The notes under the pieces: model-generated | The model's database searches: none | What the model saw: only the letters and a program-made list of their open reading frames with translations | What the model was told of the DNA's origin: nothing | DNA from: a virus | Taxonomy: Duplodnaviria > Caudoviricetes | DNA: 64,000 nucleotides | Reading direction: 5' to 3' (one strand) | Virus record (IMG/VR): IMGVR_UViG_2615840717_000004 | Location: 1-64,000 of that record | Shown here: piece by piece, positions 1-9,415 of the stretch | Layout: each line of letters begins with the position of its first letter | Position numbering within the stretch: the stretch's first letter is position 1 | Made by a program: the position numbers and the translations under genes

Positions 1-867
1 ATGGTCCTGTCAATAACTTCGAGACTAGCTCTCGCTGCAACCCTTGCGATGACGATGTCAGGCATACAGAATGCCTCTGCACACTCATCTATTCTGATTT
101 CAAACACAGCGTGTCAGGAAGACATGCCGATTACGCCCACCTCGCTTTATTGGCACTTGAAGTATCAGAATGATGCCACTGTCTACGCCATTTCTGCAGA
201 GGGATACGTACAGGCATTGGTACCGGATGCGCCTCCGTTTAAAGAGACCACACGCCTAATAGTCTTAGGTAACGGTAGTTCGGAAGAGGTTCTGGATCAG
301 AGTTCTGAGAAGTTTACCCAAAATTTGCGGGAGGGTTTTGAAGGAAACTCACCTGCGAGTATTTTTCTGGAAACCGACTATGCAGGATCGATCGGCAAGA
401 ACGGCCCATCTCTCAGACTTACTCAGGAGTTTCCAGATGCCACGATAATGGCAATCAAAGGAAAGATTGGCATTATCGGAAACAACTCTGAGAACCCTGA
501 ACACTGGTACATTGGCGCACACGCTCCATTTAACTTACCAGAGGTGGCAGACCGTATGGAAAGCTTGAAGGCCAATATCTCGCAGATCTGGCTGGAAAGA
601 AAGCTGCCCAACTATCCAAAAGGTTCAACTAAAGAAGGCTGTGTTGAAGCCATGCAATCCGCATTTCAAGCTCCGGAAGGAAACGATTTCCTGAGGTTCA
701 TTGATACAATGTTTGCTGACTTTACCTCTCCAGAAGCGAAACAAGGCAGTGCTAGCATTGCAGAATACTACGCGTATATGGCTGGCAACCTACGGACTGT
801 ATGTGGACCAGGCCTGCCTTACTTCAGTCCTCATGATCAAAAGCATTGTGCAACTGCTGTCCAATAA
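1..867 (+). CDS. Secreted hypothetical protein, possible caspase/C80-like fold without catalytic residues
   Basis: 288-aa ORF, signal-peptide-like N-terminus (ASA cleavage); LIVLGNG and IFLETDYAG motifs. Confidence 0.6.
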   Translation: MVLSITSRLALAATLAMTMSGIQNASAHSSILISNTACQEDMPITPTSLYWHLKYQNDATVYAISAEGYVQALVPDAPPFKETTRLIVLGNGSSEEVLDQSSEKFTQNLREGFEGNSPASIFLETDYAGSIGKNGPSLRLTQEFPDATIMAIKGKIGIIGNNSENPEHWYIGAHAPFNLPEVADRMESLKANISQIWLERKLPNYPKGSTKEGCVEAMQSAFQAPEGNDFLRFIDTMFADFTSPEAKQGSASIAEYYAYMAGNLRTVCGPGLPYFSPHDQKHCATAVQ

Positions 868-893
868 CCCCGCCAGGTGGTGAGGCCACCCTC

Positions 894-1754
894 CTACCCC
901 ACATAACTCTCCACCAATGAGAGGGGCAGTATCACTGCCCTTCTTTGTTTGCCGTCTATGGTGATGGCGTTTTGGGATTGGTGGGCGGCGGGGAGTTTTT
1001 GCAAGGCTAGTTTCCAGTTGCCGTGCCATTGGGTGAGGCGGAAAACCTCCCACAGGTAGTCGTGATCGTAGGCGATTGCGACGCCGTCGGGATAGGCGTG
1101 GGGGCGTAGTTTGATGCCCAGTTGCTCCATCCGGCGGGCGCCGATGTCATCTGCCAGGGCGAAGGCCAGGGCAATGCGGACGGAGAGGTTTTTGCCGCAG
1201 GTGAAGTTGATCAGGTGGGTCAGGCAGCCTTCCGGGTCATCGGCGGCGGTGCCGGCGACTTCGTTGACGCCCTCTCCTGCGATCTCTGGCAGGCCGAGCC
1301 TGTCCCACAGGGCCATGGCGGCCTCGCGGCCATAGATGTAGCGCGCTTCTTTGAGGAGGTTGGCGCGGGCGTTCATCTCGTTGACCAGCAGAACCTGCTT
1401 TGCGTCCTCCTGCTTTTGGGGTGTGGGGCCCATGGAGTAGGTGCCGGACTGGCGCAGCGCGGGCAGCACTTCTGCCGTCACCCATTTTTTGAACTTTTTG
1501 GCCGATGGCTTGCGAGAGCTGAAAATGAGCGAGTAGAGACCGCTCTCATTCACTGCTGTTACTTTTTGCTGGCCGCCAAGGGTGTCACTTGAAATGACAC
1601 CCTGTTCATCTCTGTCAAGTTTGGCGACGGCTTGCCGGCTGTTCTTGATATCCAGTACGGTGCAGACATCCTTGGCGATGAACCAGAACAGGCCGTCTAC
1701 CGATAATGTGCGGACGGGCTGCTCTTCAAAATCGAAGATGGTGAGCGCGCTCAT
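894..1754 (-). CDS. BRO-N family phage antirepressor
   Basis: WFIAKDVC, NESGLYSLIFSSRKPSAKKFKKWVTAEVLPALRQSG; ATGA overlap with the upstream gene. Confidence 0.9.
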   Translation of the reverse strand: MSALTIFDFEEQPVRTLSVDGLFWFIAKDVCTVLDIKNSRQAVAKLDRDEQGVISSDTLGGQQKVTAVNESGLYSLIFSSRKPSAKKFKKWVTAEVLPALRQSGTYSMGPTPQKQEDAKQVLLVNEMNARANLLKEARYIYGREAAMALWDRLGLPEIAGEGVNEVAGTAADDPEGCLTHLINFTCGKNLSVRIALAFALADDIGARRMEQLGIKLRPHAYPDGVAIAYDHDYLWEVFRLTQWHGNWKLALQKLPAAHQSQNAITIDGKQRRAVILPLSLVESYVG

Positions 1755-2008
1755 GCCTGCCCTCCCCGGTTCAAAGAGCTGATTTTGCGCTCCATGACAT
1801 CCAGCTCCTTGATGAGATCGCCGTGGCGCTCGGAGAGTTCATCCTGCAAGGCAACGGCTGCATTCCACAGCGGGCTTGGGCTGGAGATTTCGTTGGAGAC
1901 ATGCCCCAGAGCTTGAAACAGCCCCTCAATGCGGGCTGCAAGGCTCAACAGTGCCGAATGGCTGGAGGAAAGGGCTTGAAGTGAGGTATTCCGGGAAATT
2001 TCTGTCAT
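1751..2008 (-). CDS. Small icd/kil-position protein (85 aa) under C4-like RNA control; frame also open upstream to 2290 (ash-like)
   Basis: ATG at 2008 preceded by GTGTAGGGA; coupled to the BRO gene; resembles 38661-39062. Confidence 0.7.
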   Translation of the reverse strand: MTEISRNTSLQALSSSHSALLSLAARIEGLFQALGHVSNEISSPSPLWNAAVALQDELSERHGDLIKELDVMERKISSLNRGGQA

Positions 2009-2058
2009 GACTAATTCCCTACACTTGGATTTAGTCTGACCTCCACCTGCGAAAATGG

Positions 2059-2135
2059 TGGCCAGACGCCACGGGTTCGCAGACCGGTGTGTAAGGCATA
2101 CCGGCAGGCACAAAGCCTCCCATAACGTCTGACCA
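2059..2135 (-). ncRNA. C4/CI-type antisense RNA (module 1)
   Basis: 77-nt element closed by TGGTCAGACG/CGTCTGGCCA stem; internal CCTTACAC and CTGCGAA are complementary to duplicated targets at 2186-2211 and 2017-2054. Confidence 0.8.
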
Positions 2136-2242
2136 TAAGCGCAACAAAAAACGCGCTCAAAAAGCGGTTTTCTGGCGCGTCGACGCCCTACACAACAAAC
2201 AGGCTGCGAAACCCGGCTCACCACTTTGAAGTGAGCATGGGT

Positions 2243-2271
2243 AAGTTGACGGAGGATGGGAAGGTTGTCAA
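2243..2271 (-). promoter_or_regulatory. Putative sigma70 promoter of C4 module 1
   Basis: TTGACA-N17-CAACTT followed by a GCTCA..TGAGC hairpin, as in module 2. Confidence 0.55.
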
Positions 2272-2293
2272 GGGAGGTGGAAACAACCAAGTT

Positions 2294-4534
2294 TTATTGT
2301 TGAGGAGGCTCGTCCCCGAATAGTGTTTCAATGGCCTCATCGCCATTGAAGGCCTCTCCTCTCTCATAACGATCGTCATCATAATGATCGTCATATTCAG
2401 ATCTAGATTTCTCAACTACACTGTCTTCATCGCACGAAAACGCGATATCAAATACCTCGCTATTAGAAAGAGAGAATACCGTATCATCAAACAAGTCTGA
2501 AACCACAGAAACGACATCAGATGTATCAAAATCGACTGTGTCAAAAGCAGGAACAAAATACTCACAACCTAGATAATATTCAGTAATATGATCTTCAGCA
2601 TATTCTTTGATGCATTCTTTAATGTGCTCTCCTAGCTCACCGCTATCATCGAACTTCGAACAGTAATCATTTAGGAATGCGATATCTTCCTCAAGAAGCA
2701 AGTCAAAATCCTGAACTTTGAGCCACTCCAGAATTTTCGTTCTAAGTTTATTTTCATCAACAGTCCGAGTGTCAAAATTCAATTCATCGGTGATGAACTT
2801 AAGGACGTAACCGTGTGCACCGTCGGCATATCCGTTATAAATGTTAGACCAAATTAAAGTGGAAAGCTCTTCGTTCCGTTTTGAAGTGAGTTGTTTGAGG
2901 ACATTATAGAACTCAATTTTTTCTTTAAGAGCGAAGCTGGCTGCTTTATCTAATCTACTGTAAACCTCCTGAAGTACCCAGTCTGATTGAATTATTCGGT
3001 TCTGCATTAAAGACTGTGTCTGGTGAATGAACTGAGCATTAGGGATGTGTTTGATAATTCTACGAAAAAATACTTCATCGCTGATGTATTCGCTCAATAT
3101 AAAGTCACCAACTGAAGGGTTGACGTAATCATAAGTGACACGGCCAGTGTGTTCTATTGTTCGATCAAGCAAACTCCCGTTTAAAAATTTGATCTGCTCA
3201 GAAAAGGTTTCGTGAGCATTGGTATAAGCACCAACCTTCTGCAACGAAGCAAACAAACTTCTAACGGTTTTTTCGCTGACTATTCCTCCAAAGAAGAAGA
3301 TCAATATTATCAAATCCCTAGAGAGACTGTCGATACCAGTGCGAAACAAGTTAGCCCAAATATCTTTAGGATTCTGGAGCTTATCTTTTATGAACTGCCA
3401 GTACTCATCAGGCTCGCACCGGACGTGCTTTTTTGTCGTGATATATTCTATAATCCGAGGGTTGTAGTTTTTGTGCTTGATGACGTTGAGGTACCTTTTA
3501 TTTTTATAAAGCACCTCTAAGTATGAGTTATCCAACTCTGAGTGCCATATTCTATTGTAAAGGATCTGAGCTTTCTCAAACATAGTGTAATCATCGACAT
3601 CAATCTCAAATTCAAAATCTTCAGATCTAAGTTCTGTAAATATGTCGGTAGAGAACTTACCTCTATTAAGGACGTTGGTGCGGGAGGTAAGAATAAACTT
3701 CTTATTACCCCTCTCTATTCTTTTCATAAATCTATAAATCTTAGAGTCTTGCTGTTGCTGCAAAGCTTCGAAATAGTTCCGACCTAAGAAATCATCGAAG
3801 TAAAAAACTTGCTTTTGACTCGATACAAAAGCTTGTTCCAACTCTTCAATATGCTCCGCAGCAACAACGAGTTCGTAATCTTGGCCAGCAAGGTATAAGC
3901 AAATCTGTTCAGCAGTCGTCGTTTTGCCTGCTCCCGGAGAGCCTGTGACGATCAGATTGTTGTTTTTGCTAAGGTGTTTGATGCACTTATCATATGCGTC
4001 TGTTTCAACAAAGAGCGTACTTTTCTCATGAATTTCCTCAAGAACCTCGCGACTTCTTTCGGAGATCCCGTGATTGAACAAATTTTGCAATACGTTAGTG
4101 CTATGAAGCCATAATTTATAGTGCTTCTTTTCGATATTTGGATAATCAGCAATAAACTTATTCAAGTCCTCGCGACCATAAACATCCGTTACTTTCTTAA
4201 TATAAGGGCTAAAAATTTCTTTTATTTGTTTCTTGTCGGTTCGTGAAAGCTCTGTTGATGTAGCGAAAATATATCCTGCGGGATCTAATTCTCTAACCTT
4301 AGGCAATTCATCTTTTTTCAAAATAGACTTCAGTTTGCTTAAGCTCGTTTTAGGTCTATGCTTGCATTGAATGATGACTTCTTGATCATCATCGTCAAAG
4401 TACCTGCCATCCACACCTCCATCTTTACCGGACTTGAATGTCTCGACGTCTACACCAAGTTTTTTAGAGAGAAGGTCTGCAACAATTTGCTCGAACTCTT
4501 TGTCGTTGATGGTGTCAAACGTATAATTGGACAT
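2294..4534 (-). CDS. Restriction-endonuclease-like domain fused to STAND (nSTAND3-like) ATPase; candidate anti-phage defence protein
   Basis: N-terminal FE..VADLL, DGGVD, QCK (PD-(D/E)xK-like); Walker A GSPGAGKT, Walker B FYFDDFLG; low GC. Confidence 0.8.
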   Translation of the reverse strand: MSNYTFDTINDKEFEQIVADLLSKKLGVDVETFKSGKDGGVDGRYFDDDDQEVIIQCKHRPKTSLSKLKSILKKDELPKVRELDPAGYIFATSTELSRTDKKQIKEIFSPYIKKVTDVYGREDLNKFIADYPNIEKKHYKLWLHSTNVLQNLFNHGISERSREVLEEIHEKSTLFVETDAYDKCIKHLSKNNNLIVTGSPGAGKTTTAEQICLYLAGQDYELVVAAEHIEELEQAFVSSQKQVFYFDDFLGRNYFEALQQQQDSKIYRFMKRIERGNKKFILTSRTNVLNRGKFSTDIFTELRSEDFEFEIDVDDYTMFEKAQILYNRIWHSELDNSYLEVLYKNKRYLNVIKHKNYNPRIIEYITTKKHVRCEPDEYWQFIKDKLQNPKDIWANLFRTGIDSLSRDLIILIFFFGGIVSEKTVRSLFASLQKVGAYTNAHETFSEQIKFLNGSLLDRTIEHTGRVTYDYVNPSVGDFILSEYISDEVFFRRIIKHIPNAQFIHQTQSLMQNRIIQSDWVLQEVYSRLDKAASFALKEKIEFYNVLKQLTSKRNEELSTLIWSNIYNGYADGAHGYVLKFITDELNFDTRTVDENKLRTKILEWLKVQDFDLLLEEDIAFLNDYCSKFDDSGELGEHIKECIKEYAEDHITEYYLGCEYFVPAFDTVDFDTSDVVSVVSDLFDDTVFSLSNSEVFDIAFSCDEDSVVEKSRSEYDDHYDDDRYERGEAFNGDEAIETLFGDEPPQQ

Positions 4535-4811
4535 CAGTTTTTTCGATCTAAGTAGTGAATCCTAAAGTCAAATTAATACGACAAACACTGCAACTTCAAG
4601 ATGTGAAAATGTTAGCAGATGAAGTAAAGTGCAGAGTACAGAATTTGTGAATTCTGGTCACATGATTAGGAGCAGTTGAAATCAAGAAGGCTTCGAACTC
4701 TCTGTCTGAGCAATTTCTGAGCTGTACTCATCTTGAACAACAAACGAAGAGTTCGTGAAGCAGTTCTATTTTGGTACTAAGCTTAGTAGAACCTGCTGGA
4801 GCAGCAGGAGT

Positions 4812-5801
4812 TTAACCGCTATTGCTACTTTCAACTTTGCTCAAACTTGACTTTAAGAGTTCAAAGAGCTGCTCTTGCATATGAGCGTCAGTTTTATGCT
4901 TTTGCAAGTCCACAGTGCTCTCATCTTTTTTCAAAATGAAGTTCCGTTCGGTATTCAAGAGTATTGTTGCTGCGCTTAAGATTTTATCTTCATCCTGAAT
5001 TTGAGCCTCTTCCAATATATCCAAAGCCGCTACGCGCATCTCAACATTGGTATACTCATTTTGATAGTACTTGATATCCCGAAGGGACTGGCTATATAGC
5101 CGCAAGAAGAATACAGCAAAGCTCTGAATCAGTAAGCTCAACAATACTCGAGGAATAAGTGTAGATAGGCTTGATAATAAATCCTGTGCCTCAATTGTGA
5201 AAACACTTATGCCGATGATCAGACTTGAAATTGAAGTTGCAGCCACCCCAATTATCAAATTGAACATGCCTCGTGTTTCGAGCCTACTTATTTCCTTATT
5301 AAATCTTATAAAAGACCCTTGGTGCGTAAACTGTTGAGCAGTTTTCTGTTGTGAGAAAGACGGTGCCCCCCTGACCTCAAACGCTGGTTTGAATGCGGCT
5401 CCAGTATCTTCTGAGCTTGGATCGAACTTCGGCCATGACGGCAAGGCTGGACGAAGGTATGCCAAAGACAGAGATACGATGAGAAGCACTAACGAGATAG
5501 ATAACAAAATGTGTCGGTTCTCATATACAATCTCAAAACCTGGAACGCTAAAAACACCAGTAGCAGCATAAAATCCGCCTTGAGAAATAATAGTAATAGA
5601 TGAAATAACTATAGATAGAAATGAAAGTGCAAAAATAGAAACTGTAAGCTTGTTACGTTTGCTATAAGCCTCCTGAAAAACAATCATTTGATTGATAATT
5701 TCCAGATTAATAGAAAGATCTCTTTTGAGAAACGAATTCTCCTCAGATACCTTTCGATATTTTTCGTATAATTCTTCGAGATTATCTGTAATTTCTTGCA
5801 T
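4812..5801 (-). CDS. Multi-pass membrane hypothetical protein (cargo)
   Basis: 329-aa ORF, about 4 hydrophobic segments, low GC. Confidence 0.7.
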   Translation of the reverse strand: MQEITDNLEELYEKYRKVSEENSFLKRDLSINLEIINQMIVFQEAYSKRNKLTVSIFALSFLSIVISSITIISQGGFYAATGVFSVPGFEIVYENRHILLSISLVLLIVSLSLAYLRPALPSWPKFDPSSEDTGAAFKPAFEVRGAPSFSQQKTAQQFTHQGSFIRFNKEISRLETRGMFNLIIGVAATSISSLIIGISVFTIEAQDLLSSLSTLIPRVLLSLLIQSFAVFFLRLYSQSLRDIKYYQNEYTNVEMRVAALDILEEAQIQDEDKILSAATILLNTERNFILKKDESTVDLQKHKTDAHMQEQLFELLKSSLSKVESSNSG

Positions 5802-5970
5802 ATGTTAGATATTCAGTTTGCTTTGTGTATTTACAATTAATGGTTGAGTAATAGAGCTTACTTTTATTGTTTGCAATCTCTTAACAAGCCAGAAATTTGC
5901 GACTACGAAAATAGATTTTGCACCTACTGTATCAGCAGCCAAACCACATTGGCTGCGGTCTAAAACAAGA

Positions 5971-6741
5971 CTACTTGAGCCTCAGGACATTGATGTGATC
6001 AAGTTCGCTTTGAGGATCGTCATCACAGGCGAGCGACACATGCCATCTGCCATCGTATGGCTTCATGGAAATGGTTCTTTGGCTGACGCCGGATGACTTG
6101 TCCGCCCTCACCTCACTGCAATCAATAATGGTCAGATACTGGGTCTCTCCTGTGGTGTGCAGAACGGTATCTTCCGCCACCACCATCACATGCCCGGTAT
6201 CCGTCGGATGCTCATCTTTGGGCAGCGACCACGCCAGGATGGACCCACGGGCAATGTAATAGGGCCCGATGTTGACACTGCCGTCCTTCAGCGCCGTGAT
6301 GTTCTGCTTCACGAAAAACTCGTCTGACCCTTGCGTTGCATAGTCATCCGCGAGCTTCTTATCTCCATGCGCATTGAGCGCCGCCCCAACACCGCCGCTC
6401 ACATGAGAGACCACGTGATTGATAAAACCGGAGCAATCGGTAAGCACAAACGGCGCCTCATTCACAATGCCAATACAGGGATTACTTCCACTCCCCGCCA
6501 TGCCATAGACCCCAAAGGTGGAGACGGTGTAAGCGGACTGTATCCGCCTGGTGAGCTCATCTGTGGCAGCATCGAGCTGCTCAAGGAAACTGCTGTTCTT
6601 CAGATTGTCAAAGTTTGAGAACCTCTCATTTTTGAGGAAATCAACTTCGTGATAGGCATAGACATTGAGCACCTGCTCGCTCGCCAAAACAAAGCTCTGT
6701 GCACACTCCAAAACAGAGCGGTAATTGATGGGCAATAACAT
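5971..6741 (-). CDS. NlpC/P60-like cysteine hydrolase (cargo)
   Basis: TDCSGFINHV and TGHVMVV motifs; AAAGGA RBS. Confidence 0.6.
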   Translation of the reverse strand: MLLPINYRSVLECAQSFVLASEQVLNVYAYHEVDFLKNERFSNFDNLKNSSFLEQLDAATDELTRRIQSAYTVSTFGVYGMAGSGSNPCIGIVNEAPFVLTDCSGFINHVVSHVSGGVGAALNAHGDKKLADDYATQGSDEFFVKQNITALKDGSVNIGPYYIARGSILAWSLPKDEHPTDTGHVMVVAEDTVLHTTGETQYLTIIDCSEVRADKSSGVSQRTISMKPYDGRWHVSLACDDDPQSELDHINVLRLK

Positions 6742-6979
6742 TTCCAGTTTCCTTTATTGGTCTTTTTCTGGAGTTGTTCAGATATAAACGCGCCAACCCT
6801 AAGTTTTGTCGGCACCAACACCCAAGCCCTATCTCACCCTAAGGTGTACACCCCTTTTACCTACACCCCCGCATTTTATGCTGCTTGCATTTGTGCGCGA
6901 CTTTCGGTTTTTCGCGCACATGAAATGAGCCAGCCCACATGTGCAGACCGGCTCTTTTTCAGGAGACTTACTTCTCACA

Positions 6980-7552
6980 TCAAAGGGATCCATAGGCCCC
7001 TTCTGACACCTTGATCTCGTCATAGTTAAGGCTCTTGTTGTCAGCCACTGTCTGGAAGAACAAGGTTACGCGCTTGTTGTTTTCATCAAGAGCACTACAG
7101 CCCATTACAGTGGAAGCCTTCGACTTGTTCACGGTGACATTTCGACCAAGCATGATGCAGTTTTTGCCACCGATGGCCCATGGGTTGTTCCAGCCATCAT
7201 GGTACTGCGCAAGACGCAGACTGCTTACTGTGTAATCTTTACCGTTGATGGTGAACTTCAAATCCATCTCGGCGGCCAGATTGGCTTTTTTGAAGCTTGG
7301 CAGAAAGTTATCCATGTTCATCATGTAAAGACCGCTTTTAAACAAGTTTGCAGCATCCGAATTGCCATGCCGATCGATTGCAAACGTCAGCTTGTTTTTG
7401 CTGCTAGTCGGCTTGATGTCCTTGTAGGAGTTGATGGTTTTTAGCACAGTCACAGATGATGCGCCGCTAAAGGTCACACCGTTTTTGTCTACTGCCATTG
7501 CTGAGGTTGCGAACAGGAGAGTTGCCGCTGCAAATGCGATACGTCCAATCAT
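6980..7552 (-). CDS. Secreted hypothetical protein
   Basis: Signal peptide MIGRIAFAAATLLFATSAMA; AAGGA RBS. Confidence 0.75.
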   Translation of the reverse strand: MIGRIAFAAATLLFATSAMAVDKNGVTFSGASSVTVLKTINSYKDIKPTSSKNKLTFAIDRHGNSDAANLFKSGLYMMNMDNFLPSFKKANLAAEMDLKFTINGKDYTVSSLRLAQYHDGWNNPWAIGGKNCIMLGRNVTVNKSKASTVMGCSALDENNKRVTLFFQTVADNKSLNYDEIKVSEGAYGSL

Positions 7553-7662
7553 GCTTTTTCCTTTTTGTTGATTGCAAACCAAAGCATGTGCTGGAGGTTT
7601 TAACTTGCCATTGAAGGCTCTCCCTGAGTTGTTGAGGTATGCAGATTACCGAAATTTTCAAA

Positions 7663-7857
7663 CTACCCTTTTTCCCGCAGTTGCTTGCGCTTCAGCTGAA
7701 TATCCAGAAACCGCAGCCAGACCATGAAGGCAGCGCCGAGCACGGTCAGCAGAATGATCGCGGCCTGCAGGAGTGGTTCTGCATAGCCCTCCCAGATATT
7801 GGCGACCCAGGCAGAGCCTAAGGCTGCTGCGGTAGAAATCTCATTGCGGGTGATCAT
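7663..7857 (-). CDS. Small membrane protein, putative holin
   Basis: 64 aa, hydrophobic helix plus basic tail, AAGGAG RBS; homologous to 53578-53805. Confidence 0.6.
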   Translation of the reverse strand: MITRNEISTAAALGSAWVANIWEGYAEPLLQAAIILLTVLGAAFMVWLRFLDIQLKRKQLREKG

Positions 7858-7934
7858 GCAGCCCTCTCCTTAAAAAGCAAAAGAAAACCCGGCCTTTTGT
7901 GAGACCGGGTCTAAGCATCGTTCTGGGTGTCTGC

Positions 7935-8438
7935 CTACTGATCCAGACACCAGGGCGCGGTCTTGGTGCCGCCGTCGTAGGGCACTGCGTGGCCGTTCTG
8001 GATGAGGAGCTCTGCCAGATCCCTGCCATCATTCAGAGCCAGCCTGCCGACGGCCCGACCTGCATACTTGCCGAGCTTCACATTAGTCAGCACCATCGTG
8101 TCCTGTGGCTTCACATGGGCCTTTACAAACTCCGTGGCTTTGAGGCCCAGTTGCTTCTCCCGCTGCTTGATATGCACCGGCACATCCGCAGCTTTGCCGC
8201 CATAGAGCGCGGCGCAGCCTGTGCTGCGCTTTTCCGGCGTATCAATGCCATTCAGCCGCACATCCACGCGTTTAAAGTCCATGGGCCAGACTTCCACAAA
8301 CACACGCAGGGTATCAGCATCAATCACCTTGATGGTCTTGGCCGTGTAGGGCCCGGGCAGCGTCCGGCTCTTGGCCAGCGCCTGCTGTGCGCCCGCCCAG
8401 ATCGTCAGGCACAGGATGGTTGTCAGAAGATGTTTCAT
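7935..8438 (-). CDS. Thermonuclease (SNase-like), secreted
   Basis: VIDADTL, VRLNGIDTPE, GKYAGR motifs; signal peptide. Confidence 0.9.
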   Translation of the reverse strand: MKHLLTTILCLTIWAGAQQALAKSRTLPGPYTAKTIKVIDADTLRVFVEVWPMDFKRVDVRLNGIDTPEKRSTGCAALYGGKAADVPVHIKQREKQLGLKATEFVKAHVKPQDTMVLTNVKLGKYAGRAVGRLALNDGRDLAELLIQNGHAVPYDGGTKTAPWCLDQ

Positions 8439-8763
8439 GGGGACCTTTCAGGATTTGGCAGGCCGGTTGCTGCCATGTGTCGATTGCGCACACAGCCCGC
8501 CGCAGAGCCTGATAGTGCGCAGTGATCTGCCGCAGCTTTGAATGCCGCGGCAGAGTCTCCAGCTCCTGCGCAACCGCGGCAGAGTATGTGAGGCTGTACG
8601 GCTGAAGCGTTGGGGTAGGAAAGCGCCAGTGATAGCGTTGGGATGGTTCTGGCGGATCAGAGCCCGTGCTTGCGCAGGCGCTCAGGCAGGTCATCAGGGC
8701 TATCCTCCAGCTGAGCTTGAAGAGCGGCGGCCTCTGCCGCCCTGGCCTGCTGCTCGAAGTCAT
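8320..8763 (-). CDS. Putative outer-membrane spanin-like lipoprotein (Rz1-like)
   Basis: GGAGGAG RBS, lipobox LSAC, Pro-rich, overlaps 8657-8878 in another frame. Confidence 0.5.
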   Translation of the reverse strand: MTSSSRPGRQRPPLFKLSWRIALMTCLSACASTGSDPPEPSQRYHWRFPTPTLQPYSLTYSAAVAQELETLPRHSKLRQITAHYQALRRAVCAIDTWQQPACQILKGPHETSSDNHPVPDDLGGRTAGAGQEPDAARALHGQDHQGD

Positions 8764-8878
8764 GATGCTCCTCCGTTTTGATAAGCTGAGCGGCGCGGGC
8801 CTGCGTGCGCTTCTGGTCAAGGCGGTCAAACACCGCCTCGGCAATGGCTTTGAGGAAAAGACGCAGCAGCTGGCTCAT
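8657..8878 (-). CDS. Small lysis-cassette protein (Rz-like position)
   Basis: 73 aa, helical, ATGA-coupled to the upstream gene. Confidence 0.55.
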   Translation of the reverse strand: MSQLLRLFLKAIAEAVFDRLDQKRTQARAAQLIKTEEHHDFEQQARAAEAAALQAQLEDSPDDLPERLRKHGL

Positions 8879-9381
8879 GTGCTGCCCTGCCCATTTGCCC
8901 GATCGCCCTGCTGGATCTTCTGCAAGGTTCGGGGCCCCACACGTCCGGAGACGAACTCCGCCAGATCTGCCGGTTGCAGCTTGAAGTGGCGGATGGCATC
9001 GGGAGCTTTTCGGGTGGCGTATCCTGCAACCTCGGCCACGAGCTGAGATCTGGAGTGGATGCGCATGGACGCCCGGTTGCCCTCATAAGCATCCGTCAAC
9101 ATCTGGCGCAGTTTGGAAACGACAATTTCCTCCAGAGTTTTGCGGTGGCGTTCATCCAGCGATACACCCAGGTATCGGTGTAGCAATCGCGCGGCCCATG
9201 CCAAGGCGGCAGAAACAAGCGCTCCCAGCAGCGCAATCAGCGTTGGCATGACAGCATCTGCCAACGGGGCAAGGTCGATGGTGTAGCTGGCCTCAGTTGC
9301 CGCCCAGACAGTGCCGGTAAAGCTGAGAAGCGCAAGGCAAAGGGCGCACAGGCCCATTGCAAGGGAATAGATCCGTTGCAT
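8875..9381 (-). CDS. Holin-like membrane protein
   Basis: Two hydrophobic segments, directly after the endolysin; AAGGA RBS. Confidence 0.55.
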   Translation of the reverse strand: MQRIYSLAMGLCALCLALLSFTGTVWAATEASYTIDLAPLADAVMPTLIALLGALVSAALAWAARLLHRYLGVSLDERHRKTLEEIVVSKLRQMLTDAYEGNRASMRIHSRSQLVAEVAGYATRKAPDAIRHFKLQPADLAEFVSGRVGPRTLQKIQQGDRANGQGST

Positions 9382-9415
9382 CAGAAATGTCCTTTTCAAG
9401 GTTGAGGTGGGACGG

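Noticed and set aside
4735-4770. Possible alphaproteobacterial LexA box
   Set aside because: GTTC pair is spaced by 8 rather than 7 nt, and the GAAC-N7 candidate is mismatched.
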